From contig CAVOJN010000004.1 in assembly GCA_963696255.1 (NCBI GenBank), positions 266,836 through 330,835 on the forward strand: a stretch of DNA of 64,000 nucleotides, in the 5' to 3' direction. Shown one piece after another: positions 42,214 to 55,035 of this stretch. The stretch is from an uncultured Alphaproteobacteria bacterium (GTDB lineage: Bacteria > Pseudomonadota > Alphaproteobacteria > Rhizobiales > Xanthobacteraceae). The translations under genes and the position numbers were made by a program. The notes under the pieces were generated by a model. That model saw only the letters and a program-made list of their open reading frames with translations, had not been told where the DNA came from and did no database searches. How positions within the stretch are numbered: the first letter of the stretch is position 1; each line of letters starts with the position of its first letter.

Positions 42214-43890
42214 TCAGGGCTTCCCCAGTCTCCGCACGGCTTCCTCCACGCTGTGGAACACGTGCTCCCGCGGCAGCGCCTCATAGAGGCCGAAGCGTTC
42301 GAACGCGTCCTGGGCGCGGGTCGATTCCAGCCGCGCCACCGCAACCGTGACGTTCTGCTCGCGGCAGGCCTTCAGCACATCGAGCAGGACCTGCGCGGCG
42401 GTGAAGTCGATCTCCACCATGCCGCTGGCCTCGATCACCATGAGCCTCATGTGCTCGGCCTTCACGACATTGTCGACGTCGTTGCGAAAGGCGGGCGCGT
42501 TGAGGAAGGAGAGCGGCGCCTGCAGGCCGACCACGGCGACACCAGGCACGCGTTCGCCTGCGATGTGCGGATGCGCCGGCCACCAGATCGTGGTGTCGGG
42601 CACGCGCTCGAACTCGACGAGCTTGGCGCGCGTGGTGCTCCAGATGCCGTGCAGCAGCGACAGGATGATGCCGAGCGCCGCGCCCTGCTGGATCGGCAGC
42701 ACGATGATCAGCGCCGCGGTCGCAAGGATCAGCAGGAACTCGGCAAAGGACTGCCGGAAGATCGTGACGATCTGCTTCGCGCGGATGATCCGAAGGGCCA
42801 CGAACAAGAGGATGCCGCCGAGCGCGGCATCCGGCACTCGCTTCAGAAGACCGGTGCCGAAGGCGAGCAACGCCAGCACGATCGCCGCCGCGGCCAGGCC
42901 CGATATCTGCGACTTGCCGCCGGTCTCGGCGACGATCCCCGTGCGCGGCGGGCTCGCATTCACCGGGAACGCGCCGAAGATGCCGGCAAGAAGGCTGCCG
43001 GCGCCCGCGCCGAGGAAATCGCGGTCGACATCGGCGGGCTTGTCGGGATCGGAGGGGAACGATCGCGTGGTGGCGGCCGTCTGCACCATTACGACGACCG
43101 TGATCACGAAGGCGAGCGGCACCAGCCGCACCCATTGCTCGGGCGCGATGTCAGGCAGCGTCGGCCTCGGCAGGCTTGCCGGAACCGCGCCGACCACCTT
43201 GACGCCCTTGCTCTCGAGGCCGAGGGCGATCACCGCCAGCGTCGCGGCGACAAGGCCGATCAGCGCGCCCGGGATTTTTGCCGAGATCTCCTCGGAGACG
43301 ATCACAACCGCGAGCACGCCGAGACCGATGCAGATCGTATAGAGGTTGGATTGGCCGATGTGCTGCGCGATGGCGCCGATCTTGTCGAGCGTCGGCCCCG
43401 TGGGCGGCTCGATGCCGAGAACCCCGGGCAATTGCGAGACCAGGATGTGTACGGAGATGCCGGCCAGGAAACCGACCGTCACGGGCACCGACAGGAGATT
43501 GGCGATGCCGCCCAGACGGAAGATGCCGCTGGCCACCAGCATCGCGCCGACCAGCAGCGCGAGCGCGATCGCATGTGCCTGATAATCAGGCGTGCCTGAT
43601 GCCGCGAGCGCGGCGAGGCCGCCCGCGAAGATCGGCGTGATCGTGGAGTCGGCGCCGCAGGACAGGAAACGGTTGCTGCCGAGCATCGCAAAGCCGATCG
43701 AGCCCGCGATGAAGGCGAAAAATCCGATCTGCGGCTCGAAGCCGCCGAGGCGCGCGGTCGCCATCTGCTCGGGGATCGCGATGGCCGCGAGCGTCAGTCC
43801 CGCGATCAGGTCGGCCGGCAGGAAGGCCGGCTGCCATGAGGCGAGCGAGGTGAACAGTGGCCAGGATGTTGTCCTTGCGTCTTGCGTCAT
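42214..43890 (-). CDS. SulP-family anion transporter with STAS domain
   Basis: DLIAGLTLAAIAIPEQMA, GADST, PVNASPPRT, APLSFLNA, IDFTA. Confidence 0.9.
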   Translation of the reverse strand: MTQDARTTSWPLFTSLASWQPAFLPADLIAGLTLAAIAIPEQMATARLGGFEPQIGFFAFIAGSIGFAMLGSNRFLSCGADSTITPIFAGGLAALAASGTPDYQAHAIALALLVGAMLVASGIFRLGGIANLLSVPVTVGFLAGISVHILVSQLPGVLGIEPPTGPTLDKIGAIAQHIGQSNLYTICIGLGVLAVVIVSEEISAKIPGALIGLVAATLAVIALGLESKGVKVVGAVPASLPRPTLPDIAPEQWVRLVPLAFVITVVVMVQTAATTRSFPSDPDKPADVDRDFLGAGAGSLLAGIFGAFPVNASPPRTGIVAETGGKSQISGLAAAAIVLALLAFGTGLLKRVPDAALGGILLFVALRIIRAKQIVTIFRQSFAEFLLILATAALIIVLPIQQGAALGIILSLLHGIWSTTRAKLVEFERVPDTTIWWPAHPHIAGERVPGVAVVGLQAPLSFLNAPAFRNDVDNVVKAEHMRLMVIEASGMVEIDFTAAQVLLDVLKACREQNVTVAVARLESTRAQDAFERFGLYEALPREHVFHSVEEAVRRLGKP

Positions 43891-44135
43891 CTTCTCCCCC
43901 GGCATTGCCGGCCGGCAGTTTACAGCATTTCAGCGTCGGGAAAGGGGAAAGACGCCTCGCGGCAGGACGCAGGGGTGCATGCATGCGGCGGGCTCTGGAC
44001 ATTCCGCTCCGCACAGGCTCATATCCGCCGCGCCAAGCAAGCGGCCCAAGACAGCACAAAAAAGGGCCGTATCAAAAAGCAAAGGACGCCCGCGCGAAAA
44101 GACGGGCGCCTCAAGGAAACGATCGGGAGTTTTTC

Positions 44136-45333
44136 ATGGCCATTTCACGTCGTGACGTTTTGTTGGGCAGCGCCGGTGCATTGGGCGCGGCATCCTTTTC
44201 CTTTCCTGCCCCCGCAATTGCCCAATCCGAAACGATCAAGATCGGCTGCCTTGCGGCCATGACCGGCCCGAGCTCGGCGCCGACGATCGGTTTCAATCGC
44301 GGCGTGAACTTCGCCGTCGAGGCAATCAATGGGGCCGGCGGCGTCAAGGGTCGCAAGCTCGAGGTCATCATGCGCGACACGCAAGGCGATCCGACCAAGG
44401 CGGTGAACGCTACCCAGGAAATGATCAGCCAGCTCAAGGTTCACGCGATCTGGGGTCCGCTCAATTCCGGCGAGGCGCTCGCCACCACGCCGATCATGGC
44501 GCGGGCGAAAGTCCCGAACATCCACCCTTGCGTGGTCGAGACGCTGATCGACACCACCAAATATCCGAATGCCTTCCGCATGGCGCCCTCGAACAGCCAG
44601 TGGGACGATGCGGTGCGCAATTATTGCCTCAACATTCTCAAGGTGAAGAAGATCGCCGTGATCGGCGACACCACGGGCTACGGCGTGACGGCCGTCGGCG
44701 CCTCCGTCGCCGCCTTCAAGAAGGACGGCGCCGAGGTGGTGTACCAGGCCAATGTCGATTCCACCCAGCCGGACATGACGCCAGACATGCTGCGCGCGAA
44801 GAATGCCGGCGCCGAGGCGATCGTGGTCTGGAGCGTCTCGACCGGCATGGAAGCACGCATGTTCAACGTGCGCGCGGTGATGGGCTGGGACGTGCCGTTC
44901 GTCGGCCATCCCTCGATGTCCTCGGGCGAGATCTCGGGCCTGGTCGAGAAGCCCGAGAACTGGAAGAAGGTTTACGCCATCGGCTACAAGAGCTGCAGCT
45001 ATGACGCCGCCGGCAAGCTGCCGCCGAAGAGCGAGGATCTGGTGGCGCGCCTGACCAAGGCCAGGATCAAGCTCGACGACACGCTGCTGTGGTGGGTCGC
45101 CGGCGGCATCGACGCCGTCGAGCTGATTCGCCAGGGCGGTCGAAACCTCGGGCTCCACCGATGGCGCGGGCATCATCGCCTTCCTCAATGGGCAGAGCAA
45201 ATATCCGGGCTATTTCGGCAATTACAGCTGGTCGCCGACGCAGCATAACGGCTATCTGACCGAGGAAGTCGTGATGTCGGAGGCGAGCACGGCGAAGAAC
45301 GGCACCTTCGCCCTGGCGCCGGGATACACTTAA
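44136..45333 (+). CDS. HAAT/LivJ-type ABC substrate-binding protein (Tat signal); +1 frameshift near 45130
   Basis: SRRDVL Tat motif, PAIAQ, IKIG, INGAGGVKGR, DTQGDP. Confidence 0.85.
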
Positions 45334-45356
45334 AAAACGCGCCAGGCGGGCGGTCC

Positions 45357-46216
45357 ATGCTCTCTTCGATTCATCGCTTCCGGACTGGCCGCGGGCGCGA
45401 TCTACGCGCTCGTCGGTGTCACCTACAACACCATGTTCTCGACCTCGCGGGTGATGAGCTTCACCGCGGGCCAGCTCGCCATGCTCGGCGGCGTGTTCGG
45501 CTCGATGTTCATGCTGAAACTCGGCCTGCCGATCTGGGCAGGCTTCCTGCTGACGCTCGCCGGCTGCGCCATCATCGGCGTCATCACCGAATTCGTCGCG
45601 GTACGGCCGGTGCTCAAAAACCTCGATCAGCATCTCTACGTGCTCTCGACGCTCGCGGTCGCGCTGATGATCCAGCAGGTCGCGGCGATCAAATGGGGCA
45701 CCGAGCCGCAACCGTTCCCGAAGCTGGTCGGGATCGGCAGCGGCATTTGGGACGAGAAGTTCTGGCTGCCGGTCGCTGGCCTGCGCCATCACCATCCTCG
45801 GCCTCGAATATCTCTATCGCCGCACGCTTGTCGGCCGCGCCTTCGTTGCGATCGCAGAGGACAATTTCGCCGCGCGCGCGCTCGGCCTGCCCGAACGCAA
45901 TCTGCGCATCGCAAGCTACGCGCTGGCCGGGATCATCGGCGGCATCGCCGGCTTTTCCGGCGGGCAGTTGCTGCTCGCCTTCTTCGCCAATGGCGCGCTC
46001 CTGAACTTCTACGGTTTCGTGCCGGTCGCGCTCGGCGGGCTCGGCAATAATCGCGGCGCGATCTTCGGCGGGCTGGCGCTCGGCCTGTTCCAGCAGGCCG
46101 CGAACTTCCTGGTCGGCGGCATCTTCTCCTCCGTCGCCGTGTTCACGCTGTTCATCGTGGTCCTGCTGGCGGCGCCGCAAGGCCTGTTCGGCGGCGCTAC
46201 CGCGCGGAGGGTGTGA
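45357..46216 (+). CDS. LivH-type ABC permease; two frameshifts
   Basis: GAIYAL, SRVMSFTAG, GFVPVALGGLG spread over three frames. Confidence 0.8.
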
Positions 46217-47998
46217 TGACGGCGGTCACCACGACACCCGCGCGAGACGGAGCGGGGGACTGGCGCGCGGCGCTGCCGCATGTCGCGCCCTTCCTCGGTA
46301 TCCTCGCAGTCGCGCTGCTTCTGCCGGTGGTCGGCAACGACTATTGGGCGCTGATCGGCACGCGCATGGCGATCTACTGGGTGCTGGTCTCCGGCCTCAA
46401 CCTGATCGTCGGATTCGCCGGCCATCTCGCCATCGGCTATGTCGCGCTGCTGACGCTCGGCGCCTACACAACGAGCGTGCTGGTCGCCGGCAACGTGATG
46501 CCGGCGGTGCCGGTCTTCATCGCGCTGCCGATCGCGGCCGTGGTCGGCGCGATCTTCGGCGTCATCGTCGGTCTGCCGGCGCTGCGGCTGCGCACCTTCT
46601 ACTTCGCGATGTCGACGCTCGGCTTCGCCACCATCGTGACGCAGATCGCGCTGGCCTGGCAGAGCGTCACCGGCGGCGGCATTGGCATTGCCTGGCCCGG
46701 AATTGCCGACACCGTTCGATACCGCCTGGGGCTTCTATTTCCTCTGCGTCGCCATTGCGACCTTCACCACCTGGCTCAGCGCCAATGTCGCGCGCAGCCG
46801 GTTTGGCCGCGCGCTGATCGCGGTGCGCGATGCGGAGGTCGCCGCCGAAGCGACCGGCATCTCCAAGCCGAAAATGCTGATCGCGATCTTCCTGGTCGCG
46901 GGCGCCTGCGCGGCGGTCGCCGGCGGATTGTTCGCGAGCCTGCAGACCTACATCACGCCCGACGCCTTCACCTTCGATCTCTCGGTGCTGTTCTTCATCG
47001 CGATCCTGATCGGCGGCCGCGGCTCGATCCTGGGGCCGCTGCTCGGCACCATGATCCTGACCATCCTGCCGGAGATCGCGGCACCCTGGCGGCATGGTCG
47101 ACCTTTCTCTATGCCGTGCTGCTGCTGCTGATCGTGCTGGTCATGCCGGGCGGCATCGCGGCGCTGCTCGATTTCCGCAATCGCCGGCCGCTCGCCAGCA
47201 ACCGCGCCATCGTGCCGCGCCCGGCCGCGCTCGCCGAGATCGTGCGGCGAAGCAAGGGCGACAGGCAGCTGTCGCTGCGCGGCATCTCGCTGAGCTTCGG
47301 CAATGTGAAGGCGATCGATGGCCTCGACCTCGAGGTCGCGCCCGGACAAGATCCACGGCCTGATCGGGCCGAACGGCAGCGGCAAGACCACGACGCTCAA
47401 CGTGATCTCGGGCTATTACGCCGCCAAGGCCGGCACCATGACGCTCGGCGCGGACGCGCTGCCGCCGGGCATGCCGGCGCTGCGCGCGATGCGCGGCATT
47501 GCCCGCACCTTCCAGACCCCGCGGGTGATCGGCGAGGCGTCGGTGCTGCAGAACGTCATGATCGGCGGCACGGTGGAGGGCAGGGCAAGCTTCCTCGAAG
47601 CGCTGCTGGCGCTGCCGCGCAACCGCGCAGGACGAGAAGATGCTGGCGGCGAAAGCGCGCGCATTGCTCGGCGTCGTCGGTCTCGAGATCGCTGGCCGAT
47701 GTGCGCATCGACCGGCTGCAACACTGCGAATTGCGCTTCATCGAGATCGCGCGTGCGCTGATGCTCGATCCGGATTTCCTTCTGCTCGACGAACCCGCGG
47801 CCGGTCTCTCCAATGACGAGATCGAGCGGCTGGCCGAGCTGATCAAGGCGGTTTCCGCGCGCGGCACCGGCGTGCTTCTGGTCGAGCATCATGCCGACCT
47901 GATCTTCGACATCTGCCATCAGGTCACCGTGCTCAATCTCGGCCGCACCCTGGCGGCGGGAACGCCGGCGGAAATTCGCGTTCACAAGGAGGTCGTCA

Positions 47999-48018
<20 letters not shown>
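46216..48018 (+). CDS. LivM-LivG fused permease/ATPase; several frameshifts
   Basis: GLNLIVGFAG, RLRTFYFAMSTLGF, GPNGSGKTT, RTFQ, LLDEPAAGL, VEHH, V..AYLG. Confidence 0.8.
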
Positions 48019-48752
<734 letters not shown>

Positions 48753-48865
48753 AGCGTAGTTGAGCTCGTTCGCTTCGCCCGCGGCAATTCAAACTTGGCG
48801 CGCCCGTGCTTTCGCTCAAAAAGCGTGGACAAGTCATGCCACAGCAATGCAGATGCCTGAGTGTT

Positions 48866-48983
48866 CGTCATTGCGAGCCAACGGGTCGCGCGAATGCGCG
48901 CCCGATGACAGTTCCGCGAAGCAATCCATAGTGCCGCGATCTGAAGCGTGGATTGCTTCGTCGCTTCGCTCCTCGCAATGACG
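48866..48983. repeat. CGTC REP/RPE-like heterodimer
   Basis: CGTCATTGCGAGC...GAAGCAATCCA facing TGGATTGCTTCGTCGCTTCGCTCCTCGCAATGACG (translates as VIARSEATKQS / RHCEERSDEAI). Confidence 0.85.
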
Positions 48984-49172
48984 GGGATTCGAGGCGATTT
49001 TCGCCCTGCCAAATTGTCGCGGGTTTCGGATCGATGCGCGCGGCGCATTGATCGATACACGATCGGGAATGGTGCCTGCCCTTGCCCGTGTCGCGGCTTT
49101 GGCCCTACAGTTCAATCAACATGTCGCCGTCATTGCGGTGACGCACAACAAGCATTTCGGGGAGGAAGCATC

Positions 49173-50201
49173 ATGAAACTGGCGCCATTGAACCGCCGCG
49201 CATTCATCGCATCGTCGACGGCCGCCGTCGGCATCGTGCTCTCGCCCGCCATCATCGGCCGCGCGGAGGCCGCAACGCTGAAGCTCAAATGCTCCTCGTC
49301 GCTGCCGAACGATCCCAAATATGCCAATGGCCGCGTCTATTACGATAATCTCGTGAAGCACATCAAGGGCAACGGGCTTGGCGAGCAGATCGACGTCACG
49401 TTCTTTCCCGACAACCAGCTGGGCCAGGAGATCGACGTCATCAATTCCGTGAAGCTCGGCGTCATCGACATGATGGTATCGGGGTCCTCGATCTCGGCCA
49501 ATCTCGTGCCGCTGGTCGGCACGTTCGACCTCGGCTACCTCTTCACCAGCTACCAGCAGCAGACCAAGGCATTCGACGCCGGCGCGGCCAAGCCGATCGA
49601 AGAGGCGCTGTTGAAGGGCGCCAACATCCGCATCATCGCCTGGTGCTACAATTTCGGTGCACGCAGCGTGCTGTCGAAGAAGCCGGTGAAGACGCCGGAA
49701 GACCTCGCGGGCCTCAAGATCCGGACGCTGCCAAATCCGATCATCACCGAATGCCTGCGCCTGATGGGGGCCGCAGCGACGCCGCTTGCCTTCGGCGAGA
49801 TCTACACCGCGCTGCAGGCCGGCGTGCTCGACGGGCTGGAGCACGATCCGCCGACCATTCTCGCCAGCAAGTTCTATGAGACCGCGAAGAACTATGCGCT
49901 GACGCAGCACATCTTCTCGCCGCTCTCGATCTATTTCAGCGAAACGACGTTCCAGCGCATGGATCCGAAGCTGCGCGAGAGTTTCCTAGATGCCGCGCAG
50001 AAGGCCGCTGTCGACAGCCGCACCCATGGGCTTGCCGTCGAAAAGGAGGCGCTCACCGCCATCCAGGACAAGGGCGTGACCGTCGTCGAGGTCGACCGCG
50101 AGGCGTTCCGCAAGCGCGTCGCGCCGCAGACCGACAATTTCATCAAGGCGCATCCTGAGGCGAAGGCCGTCGTGGAAGCCATCCGCGCCACCCAGGCCTG
50201 A
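49173..50201 (+). CDS. TRAP transporter substrate-binding protein (DctP family)
   Basis: NRRAF Tat motif, FPDNQLG.E, DLAGLKIR, GAAATP, EIYTALQAGVLDG. Confidence 0.92.
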   Translation: MKLAPLNRRAFIASSTAAVGIVLSPAIIGRAEAATLKLKCSSSLPNDPKYANGRVYYDNLVKHIKGNGLGEQIDVTFFPDNQLGQEIDVINSVKLGVIDMMVSGSSISANLVPLVGTFDLGYLFTSYQQQTKAFDAGAAKPIEEALLKGANIRIIAWCYNFGARSVLSKKPVKTPEDLAGLKIRTLPNPIITECLRLMGAAATPLAFGEIYTALQAGVLDGLEHDPPTILASKFYETAKNYALTQHIFSPLSIYFSETTFQRMDPKLRESFLDAAQKAAVDSRTHGLAVEKEALTAIQDKGVTVVEVDREAFRKRVAPQTDNFIKAHPEAKAVVEAIRATQA

Positions 50202-50202
50202 G

Positions 50203-52061
50203 ATGGAAAAGACGTTGGACGCCACGCCTGCGTTGGCCGGGCGCCACTGGGCCATATCAGTGCTGCTTTCGGTCAGCGACGCGCTGGCCGCGCTCATGCT
50301 GGCCGCCGACCTTCTGGTCGTCTGCGTGTCGGTGGCCTTGCGCTACTGGTTCAACGCGCCGGTCGAGTGGTCCGACGACGTCGCCCGTGGCCTGATGGTC
50401 GGTTCCAGCTTTTTCGGCGCCGCCAGCGCGCTCGCCCGCGGCGACAATCCCGGCGTCAGGTTCTTTGTCGACAAGATGTCGGTCGCGCGTCCGCGCGGTG
50501 ATCGACTCCGTCGCGGCGCTGCTGATGACGATCATCGCGGGTTATGTGGCCTTCAACGCGATCAAGATGGGTGGATTGACCGCGGGACAAACCACCGGCT
50601 CGGGCCTGCCGCTTGAACTGACATTCTATCCGATGGGCGTCGGCGCGCTGTTCATGACGGTGTTTGCGCTCGACATCTTTCGCAATCGACCGCTGCGGGA
50701 CATGACGTCAGGCGTAATTGTCACAGCGCTGATCGCGGGCTTGTATCTCGCATGGGATCATTTTTCGCCGGATACGGTTCCGTCGTCGGGAGTGCTGATG
50801 CTGGTCGGCTTCTTCGTCACGCTGTTCGCGGGCCTGCCGATCGGCTTTGCGCTGGCGCTGGCCGCGCTGACCTTCATCTGGGCCGAGGGCACGCTGCCGG
50901 GCGTCATCTTCGCCCAGCAGATGGCGCGCGGCATCGACAATTTCGTGCTGCTGGCAATCCCGTTCTTCATCCTGGTCGGCTACCTCATGGAAGCCAACGG
51001 CATGTCGGTTCGCCTGATCGAGCTGTTGCAGCGCGCGGTCGGTCATCTGCGCGGCGGGCTCAATGTCGTGATGGTCACCTCCATGGTGCTGTTCTCCGGC
51101 ATCTCCGGCTCGAAGATGGCCGACGTCGCCGCCGTCGGCTCGGTGCTGATCCCGGCCGCGCGGCGCACCCGGCAGAATCCGGGCAGCGCGGTGGCGCTGC
51201 TCGCGGCATCGGCTGTCATGGCCGAGACCATCCCGCCCTGCATCAATCTCATCATCCTCGGCTTCGTCGCCAATCTCTCGATCGGCGGACTGTTCGTTGC
51301 CGGACTGCTGCCGGCCGGGCTGATGGCGCTGGCGCTGATCGCGGTGTCCGTCATCTCGGGCAAGCGTCCGGCAGTCGATACCGCGCCGCGTGCGGCGGTA
51401 TCGGGCCTGTGGACGGGGGCGATCGCCTCCTTTGGCCTGATCTTCATGATCTTCTTCGGCTTCAAGAGCGGCTTTGCCACTGCGACCGAAATCTCGGCCT
51501 TCGCCGCGCTCTATGCCATCGTCGTCGGCGTCGTGGTGTTCCGCGAGCTCGGCCTCAAATCCGCGGCGCAATGTTTCGTGCACGCGGCGACGCGTTCGGG
51601 GCTGGTGCTGTTCATCGTCGCCGCCGCGCAGTCGCTCGCCTTCATTCTCACGCTGCAGCAGGTGCCGCACATGGTCGGCGACGTCATGCTGGCGCTGTCG
51701 AAGACCAACGGCGTGTGGCTGTTCATGCTGCTCTCGATCGCGGTGCTGATCGTGATGGGATCGGTGCTGGAGGGCGCGGCGGCGCTGATCATCTTTGGCC
51801 CGCTGCTGCTGCCAGTTGCTGTCAAGCTCGGCATCGATCCCCTGCATTTCGGCGTGGTGCTGGTGATTGCGATGGGAATCGGGTTGTTTGCGCCGCCGCT
51901 TGGGGTTGGGCCTTTACGGCGCCTGCCTGATCGGCAATGTACCGATCGAGCAGACGGTCAAGCCGATCATGGGTTATCTTGGTCTTCTGTTCCTGTGCCT
52001 CCTGATCGTGGCCTTTGTGCCCGCGATCTCGACGGCCTTGCCCCGCGCCTTCGGCTATTGA
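50203..52061 (+). CDS. Fused TRAP DctQ-DctM permease; two frameshifts
   Basis: RY.FNAPVEWSDDV (DctQ), LLAIPFFILVG, ISGSKMAD, IPPCI, GIDPLHFG (DctM). Confidence 0.87.
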
Positions 52062-52073
52062 ACAGAGGAAGCC

Positions 52074-53051
52074 TTGAAAGTCCTGTTGACCCCCACGCCG
52101 GATTTCCGCCGGCAATATTACGGCGAGCGCGCCTTGAAAGGTTTGCGCGACATCGCCGACGTCAAGCTGCATGAGGGCGCCGAGGCGCTGGATGCCGCCG
52201 GGCTCGTTGCCGCCGCGCAGGACGTCGACATCATCGTCGCCGATCGCGTCACCGAGGGCAGGGGAGAGATCTTTCCGCAACTGCCGAAGCTGCGCGCCAT
52301 GGTCCGCTGCGCCGTCGATATCCGCAATATCGATGTGGCCGCGGCGTCGAAGGTGGGCGTGCTGGTGACGCGCGCCTCGCCCGGCTTCGTGCCGGCGGTG
52401 GCGGAACTCGCAATTGGCTTCATGGTCGACCTGTCACGCGGCGTCTCGCGCGCGACCGCGGATTATCACGCCGGCCGCATGCCCGAAGTGAGGATGGGCC
52501 GCCAGCTCTCCGGCAACCGCATCGGCATCATCGGCTATGGCAGCATCGGCCGCTATCTGGCGCCGCTCGCCAGGGCGTTGGGCATGGAGGTGATGGTCGC
52601 GGATCCCTTCGTTACGATGGAAGACCCTGAGATCAAGCATATTGAGCTCGACGAGCTGCTCGCTCGCGCCGACTATGTCGTGTGCCTTGCGATCGCCAAT
52701 GAGCAGACCGAGAACCTGATCGGGCAGGCGGCGCTCTCGAGGATGCAGGCACACGCCTTCTTCATCAATCTCTCCCGCGGCAATCTCGTTGACGAGGCCG
52801 CGCTCGCGGCGGCCTTGCGCGAGAACCGCATCGCGGGCGCTGCGCTCGATGTCGGCCGCGCACCGGACCAGATGCCGTCGCCGGATCTGGCGAAATTGCC
52901 GAACGTGATCGCAACGCCCCATATCGCCGGGCTGACGCCGCAGGCGATCGAGCACCAGGCGCTGGAAACCGTGCGGCAGGTCGGGTTCATCATCAAGGGC
53001 GAGGCGCCCGTCGGCGCCGTCAATGCCGAGCACTGGACGCGCAGGCCGTGA
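52074..53051 (+). CDS. D-isomer-specific 2-hydroxyacid dehydrogenase
   Basis: GIIGYGSIG, INLSRG, GAALDV, TPHIAG. Confidence 0.9.
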   Translation: MKVLLTPTPDFRRQYYGERALKGLRDIADVKLHEGAEALDAAGLVAAAQDVDIIVADRVTEGRGEIFPQLPKLRAMVRCAVDIRNIDVAAASKVGVLVTRASPGFVPAVAELAIGFMVDLSRGVSRATADYHAGRMPEVRMGRQLSGNRIGIIGYGSIGRYLAPLARALGMEVMVADPFVTMEDPEIKHIELDELLARADYVVCLAIANEQTENLIGQAALSRMQAHAFFINLSRGNLVDEAALAAALRENRIAGAALDVGRAPDQMPSPDLAKLPNVIATPHIAGLTPQAIEHQALETVRQVGFIIKGEAPVGAVNAEHWTRRP

Positions 53052-54343
53052 CGGGAAAAACGCCGATCAAGCTTCCCTTCTTCTACGGCTGGATCGTCGT
53101 CGCCGTCACTTTCGTGACGATGGGAATCGGCGTCAACGCGCGTACTGCGTTTTCGCTGTTCTATCCGCCGATCCTGTCCGAGTTCGGCTGGGAGCGCGGC
53201 GTCACCGCGGGCGCGTTCTCCTTCGGCTTCGTGGTGTCGGCGATCATGAGTCCCCTGATCGGCAAGTTGATGGATCGCGGAGGCCCGCGCGCGGTGATGG
53301 AGCTTGGCATTGCGCTGATGGGAGGAGGGCTGTTGCTCGCGCCGTTGACGCGTGAGCCATGGCATCTTTATGTCACGATCGGCGTGATGGTGGGCGCCGG
53401 CAGCGTCTGCCTCGGCTATTCCGGCTTTTCGCTGTTCCTGCCGAACTGGTTCATCCGCCGCCGCGGGCTCGCGACGGGCATCGCCTTTGCCGGCGTCGGC
53501 ATCGGTTCGGTGACGCTGCTGCCCTGGGTTCAGCATCTCATCGAGCAGACCAGCTGGCGCGCGGCCTGCACCGCGATCGGACTGATGGTGTTGATCGTGC
53601 TCGCGCCGATCAATCTCCTGCTGCGCAAGCGGCCCGAGGATGTCGGCCTGCTGCCCGACGGCGATGCCGCGCTGACGGCAACATCGGCGAAACCGGTTTC
53701 CAACATCGTCGATCCCGAATGGGTCGCGACCGACTGGACGTTGTCGCGCGCGCTGCGGACCGCGCGGTTCTGGTGGATCTGCCTCGGCTATTTCTGCGGC
53801 CTGTACATCTGGTACGCGGTGCAGGTGCATCAGACCAAATTCCTGCTCGACATCGGCTTCTCGGCGAATGTCGGCGTCTGGGCGCTCGGCGTCGTCAGCC
53901 TGCTCGGCATTCCCGGGCAGATCGTGATGGGTCACGTTTCCGACCGTATCGGCCGCGAGGCGATCTGGGCGATCTCCTGCCTCGGCTTTGCGATCTGCTT
54001 CGCCGCATTGATCGCGCTCAAATATGATCCGAGCCTCTGGCTGGTCTATCTGATGGTGTTCACGCAAGGCGCGCTCGGTTACGGCCTCACCTCCGTCATG
54101 GGCGCGGTGGTGCTGGAGATTTTCCAGGGCGCGCAGTACGGCAGCATCTTCGGCACCATCATGCTCTCGGCGCTGGCGGGCGGCGCGGCCGGGCCGTGGG
54201 TCACGGGCCTGCTGCATGACCTCACCGGAACCTACACGATTGCCTTTGCGATCGGCATCGCCGTGAGTGCGTTGTCCGCACTCGCGATCTGGCAGGCCTC
54301 GCCCGGCCGCGTGCGCGCGGTGGCCGGCAAGTCAGGACGATGA
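53048..54343 (+). CDS. MFS transporter (OFA/MCT-like)
   Basis: FFYGW, GKLMDRGGPR, WFIRRRGLATG, GHVSDRIGR. Confidence 0.88.
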   Translation: MTGKTPIKLPFFYGWIVVAVTFVTMGIGVNARTAFSLFYPPILSEFGWERGVTAGAFSFGFVVSAIMSPLIGKLMDRGGPRAVMELGIALMGGGLLLAPLTREPWHLYVTIGVMVGAGSVCLGYSGFSLFLPNWFIRRRGLATGIAFAGVGIGSVTLLPWVQHLIEQTSWRAACTAIGLMVLIVLAPINLLLRKRPEDVGLLPDGDAALTATSAKPVSNIVDPEWVATDWTLSRALRTARFWWICLGYFCGLYIWYAVQVHQTKFLLDIGFSANVGVWALGVVSLLGIPGQIVMGHVSDRIGREAIWAISCLGFAICFAALIALKYDPSLWLVYLMVFTQGALGYGLTSVMGAVVLEIFQGAQYGSIFGTIMLSALAGGAAGPWVTGLLHDLTGTYTIAFAIGIAVSALSALAIWQASPGRVRAVAGKSGR

Positions 54344-54937
54344 AACACCGAGCGCCCGTTGCAGGTCACCCAGGGCGCGCACAAAGCTCTCGGCCGGCGT
54401 CGTCTCCGGGTCGATCAGGCGATGCAGGCGGAAGCCGTCTTCCATCGCCAGCAGGATCGCGGCGGTCCAGGCCGGATCGCCGAGGGCCTTGCGGTTCTTC
54501 GAAACCGTCTCGACGATCCTGGTCGTCATCGCACGCCGCGCGCGCAGCCGCTTGGCGAGTTCCGGCCTTCGCTTTTCCGCGCGTGCCACGAACAGGATCA
54601 TTTCCATATATAGCAGGGGAGAGCGGCCGAGCGGATCCTGCCGCGTGCGTCGCATCTCGCCAAGGGCCTCGATGAAGTCAGCGGGATTTTGGTGCCGCTC
54701 CAGCAGTTCGAGATTGCGCTGGATGGATTCTTCGACGTGGTCCTCGAGCATGGCGATGATCAACTCATCCTTGCTCTTGAAGTTCGAGTAGAACGCGCCG
54801 CGTGTGAATCCGGCCGCGGCCGCGATCGCCTCGATGCTGGCGCCGCCGATCCCCTCATCCTCGAACAGGCGGGCGGCCGCCTCGAACAGCTTGTCGCAGG
54901 TTTCGTCTCGGGTGGGGCGGGTTCGAACTCTTGACAT
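54332..54937 (-). CDS. TetR/AcrR-family regulator
   Basis: ASIEAIAAAAGFTRGAFYSNFKSKDEL. Confidence 0.93.
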   Translation of the reverse strand: MSRVRTRPTRDETCDKLFEAAARLFEDEGIGGASIEAIAAAAGFTRGAFYSNFKSKDELIIAMLEDHVEESIQRNLELLERHQNPADFIEALGEMRRTRQDPLGRSPLLYMEMILFVARAEKRRPELAKRLRARRAMTTRIVETVSKNRKALGDPAWTAAILLAMEDGFRLHRLIDPETTPAESFVRALGDLQRALGVSSS

Positions 54938-54957
54938 CGGCGCAATTTAGGGCACTA

Positions 54958-54989
54958 TGCAACTCGATACAAGAGTGTATCGAGTTGCA
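54958..54989. promoter_or_regulatory. Perfect palindromic operator (probable TetR site)
   Basis: TGCAACTCGATACA-AGAG-TGTATCGAGTTGCA between the divergent tetR and P450 genes. Confidence 0.8.
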
Positions 54990-55035
54990 AGCGAGCCGAA
55001 ACCGGCAATCACAGGGAAGGTCCCAAGGAGGTCCC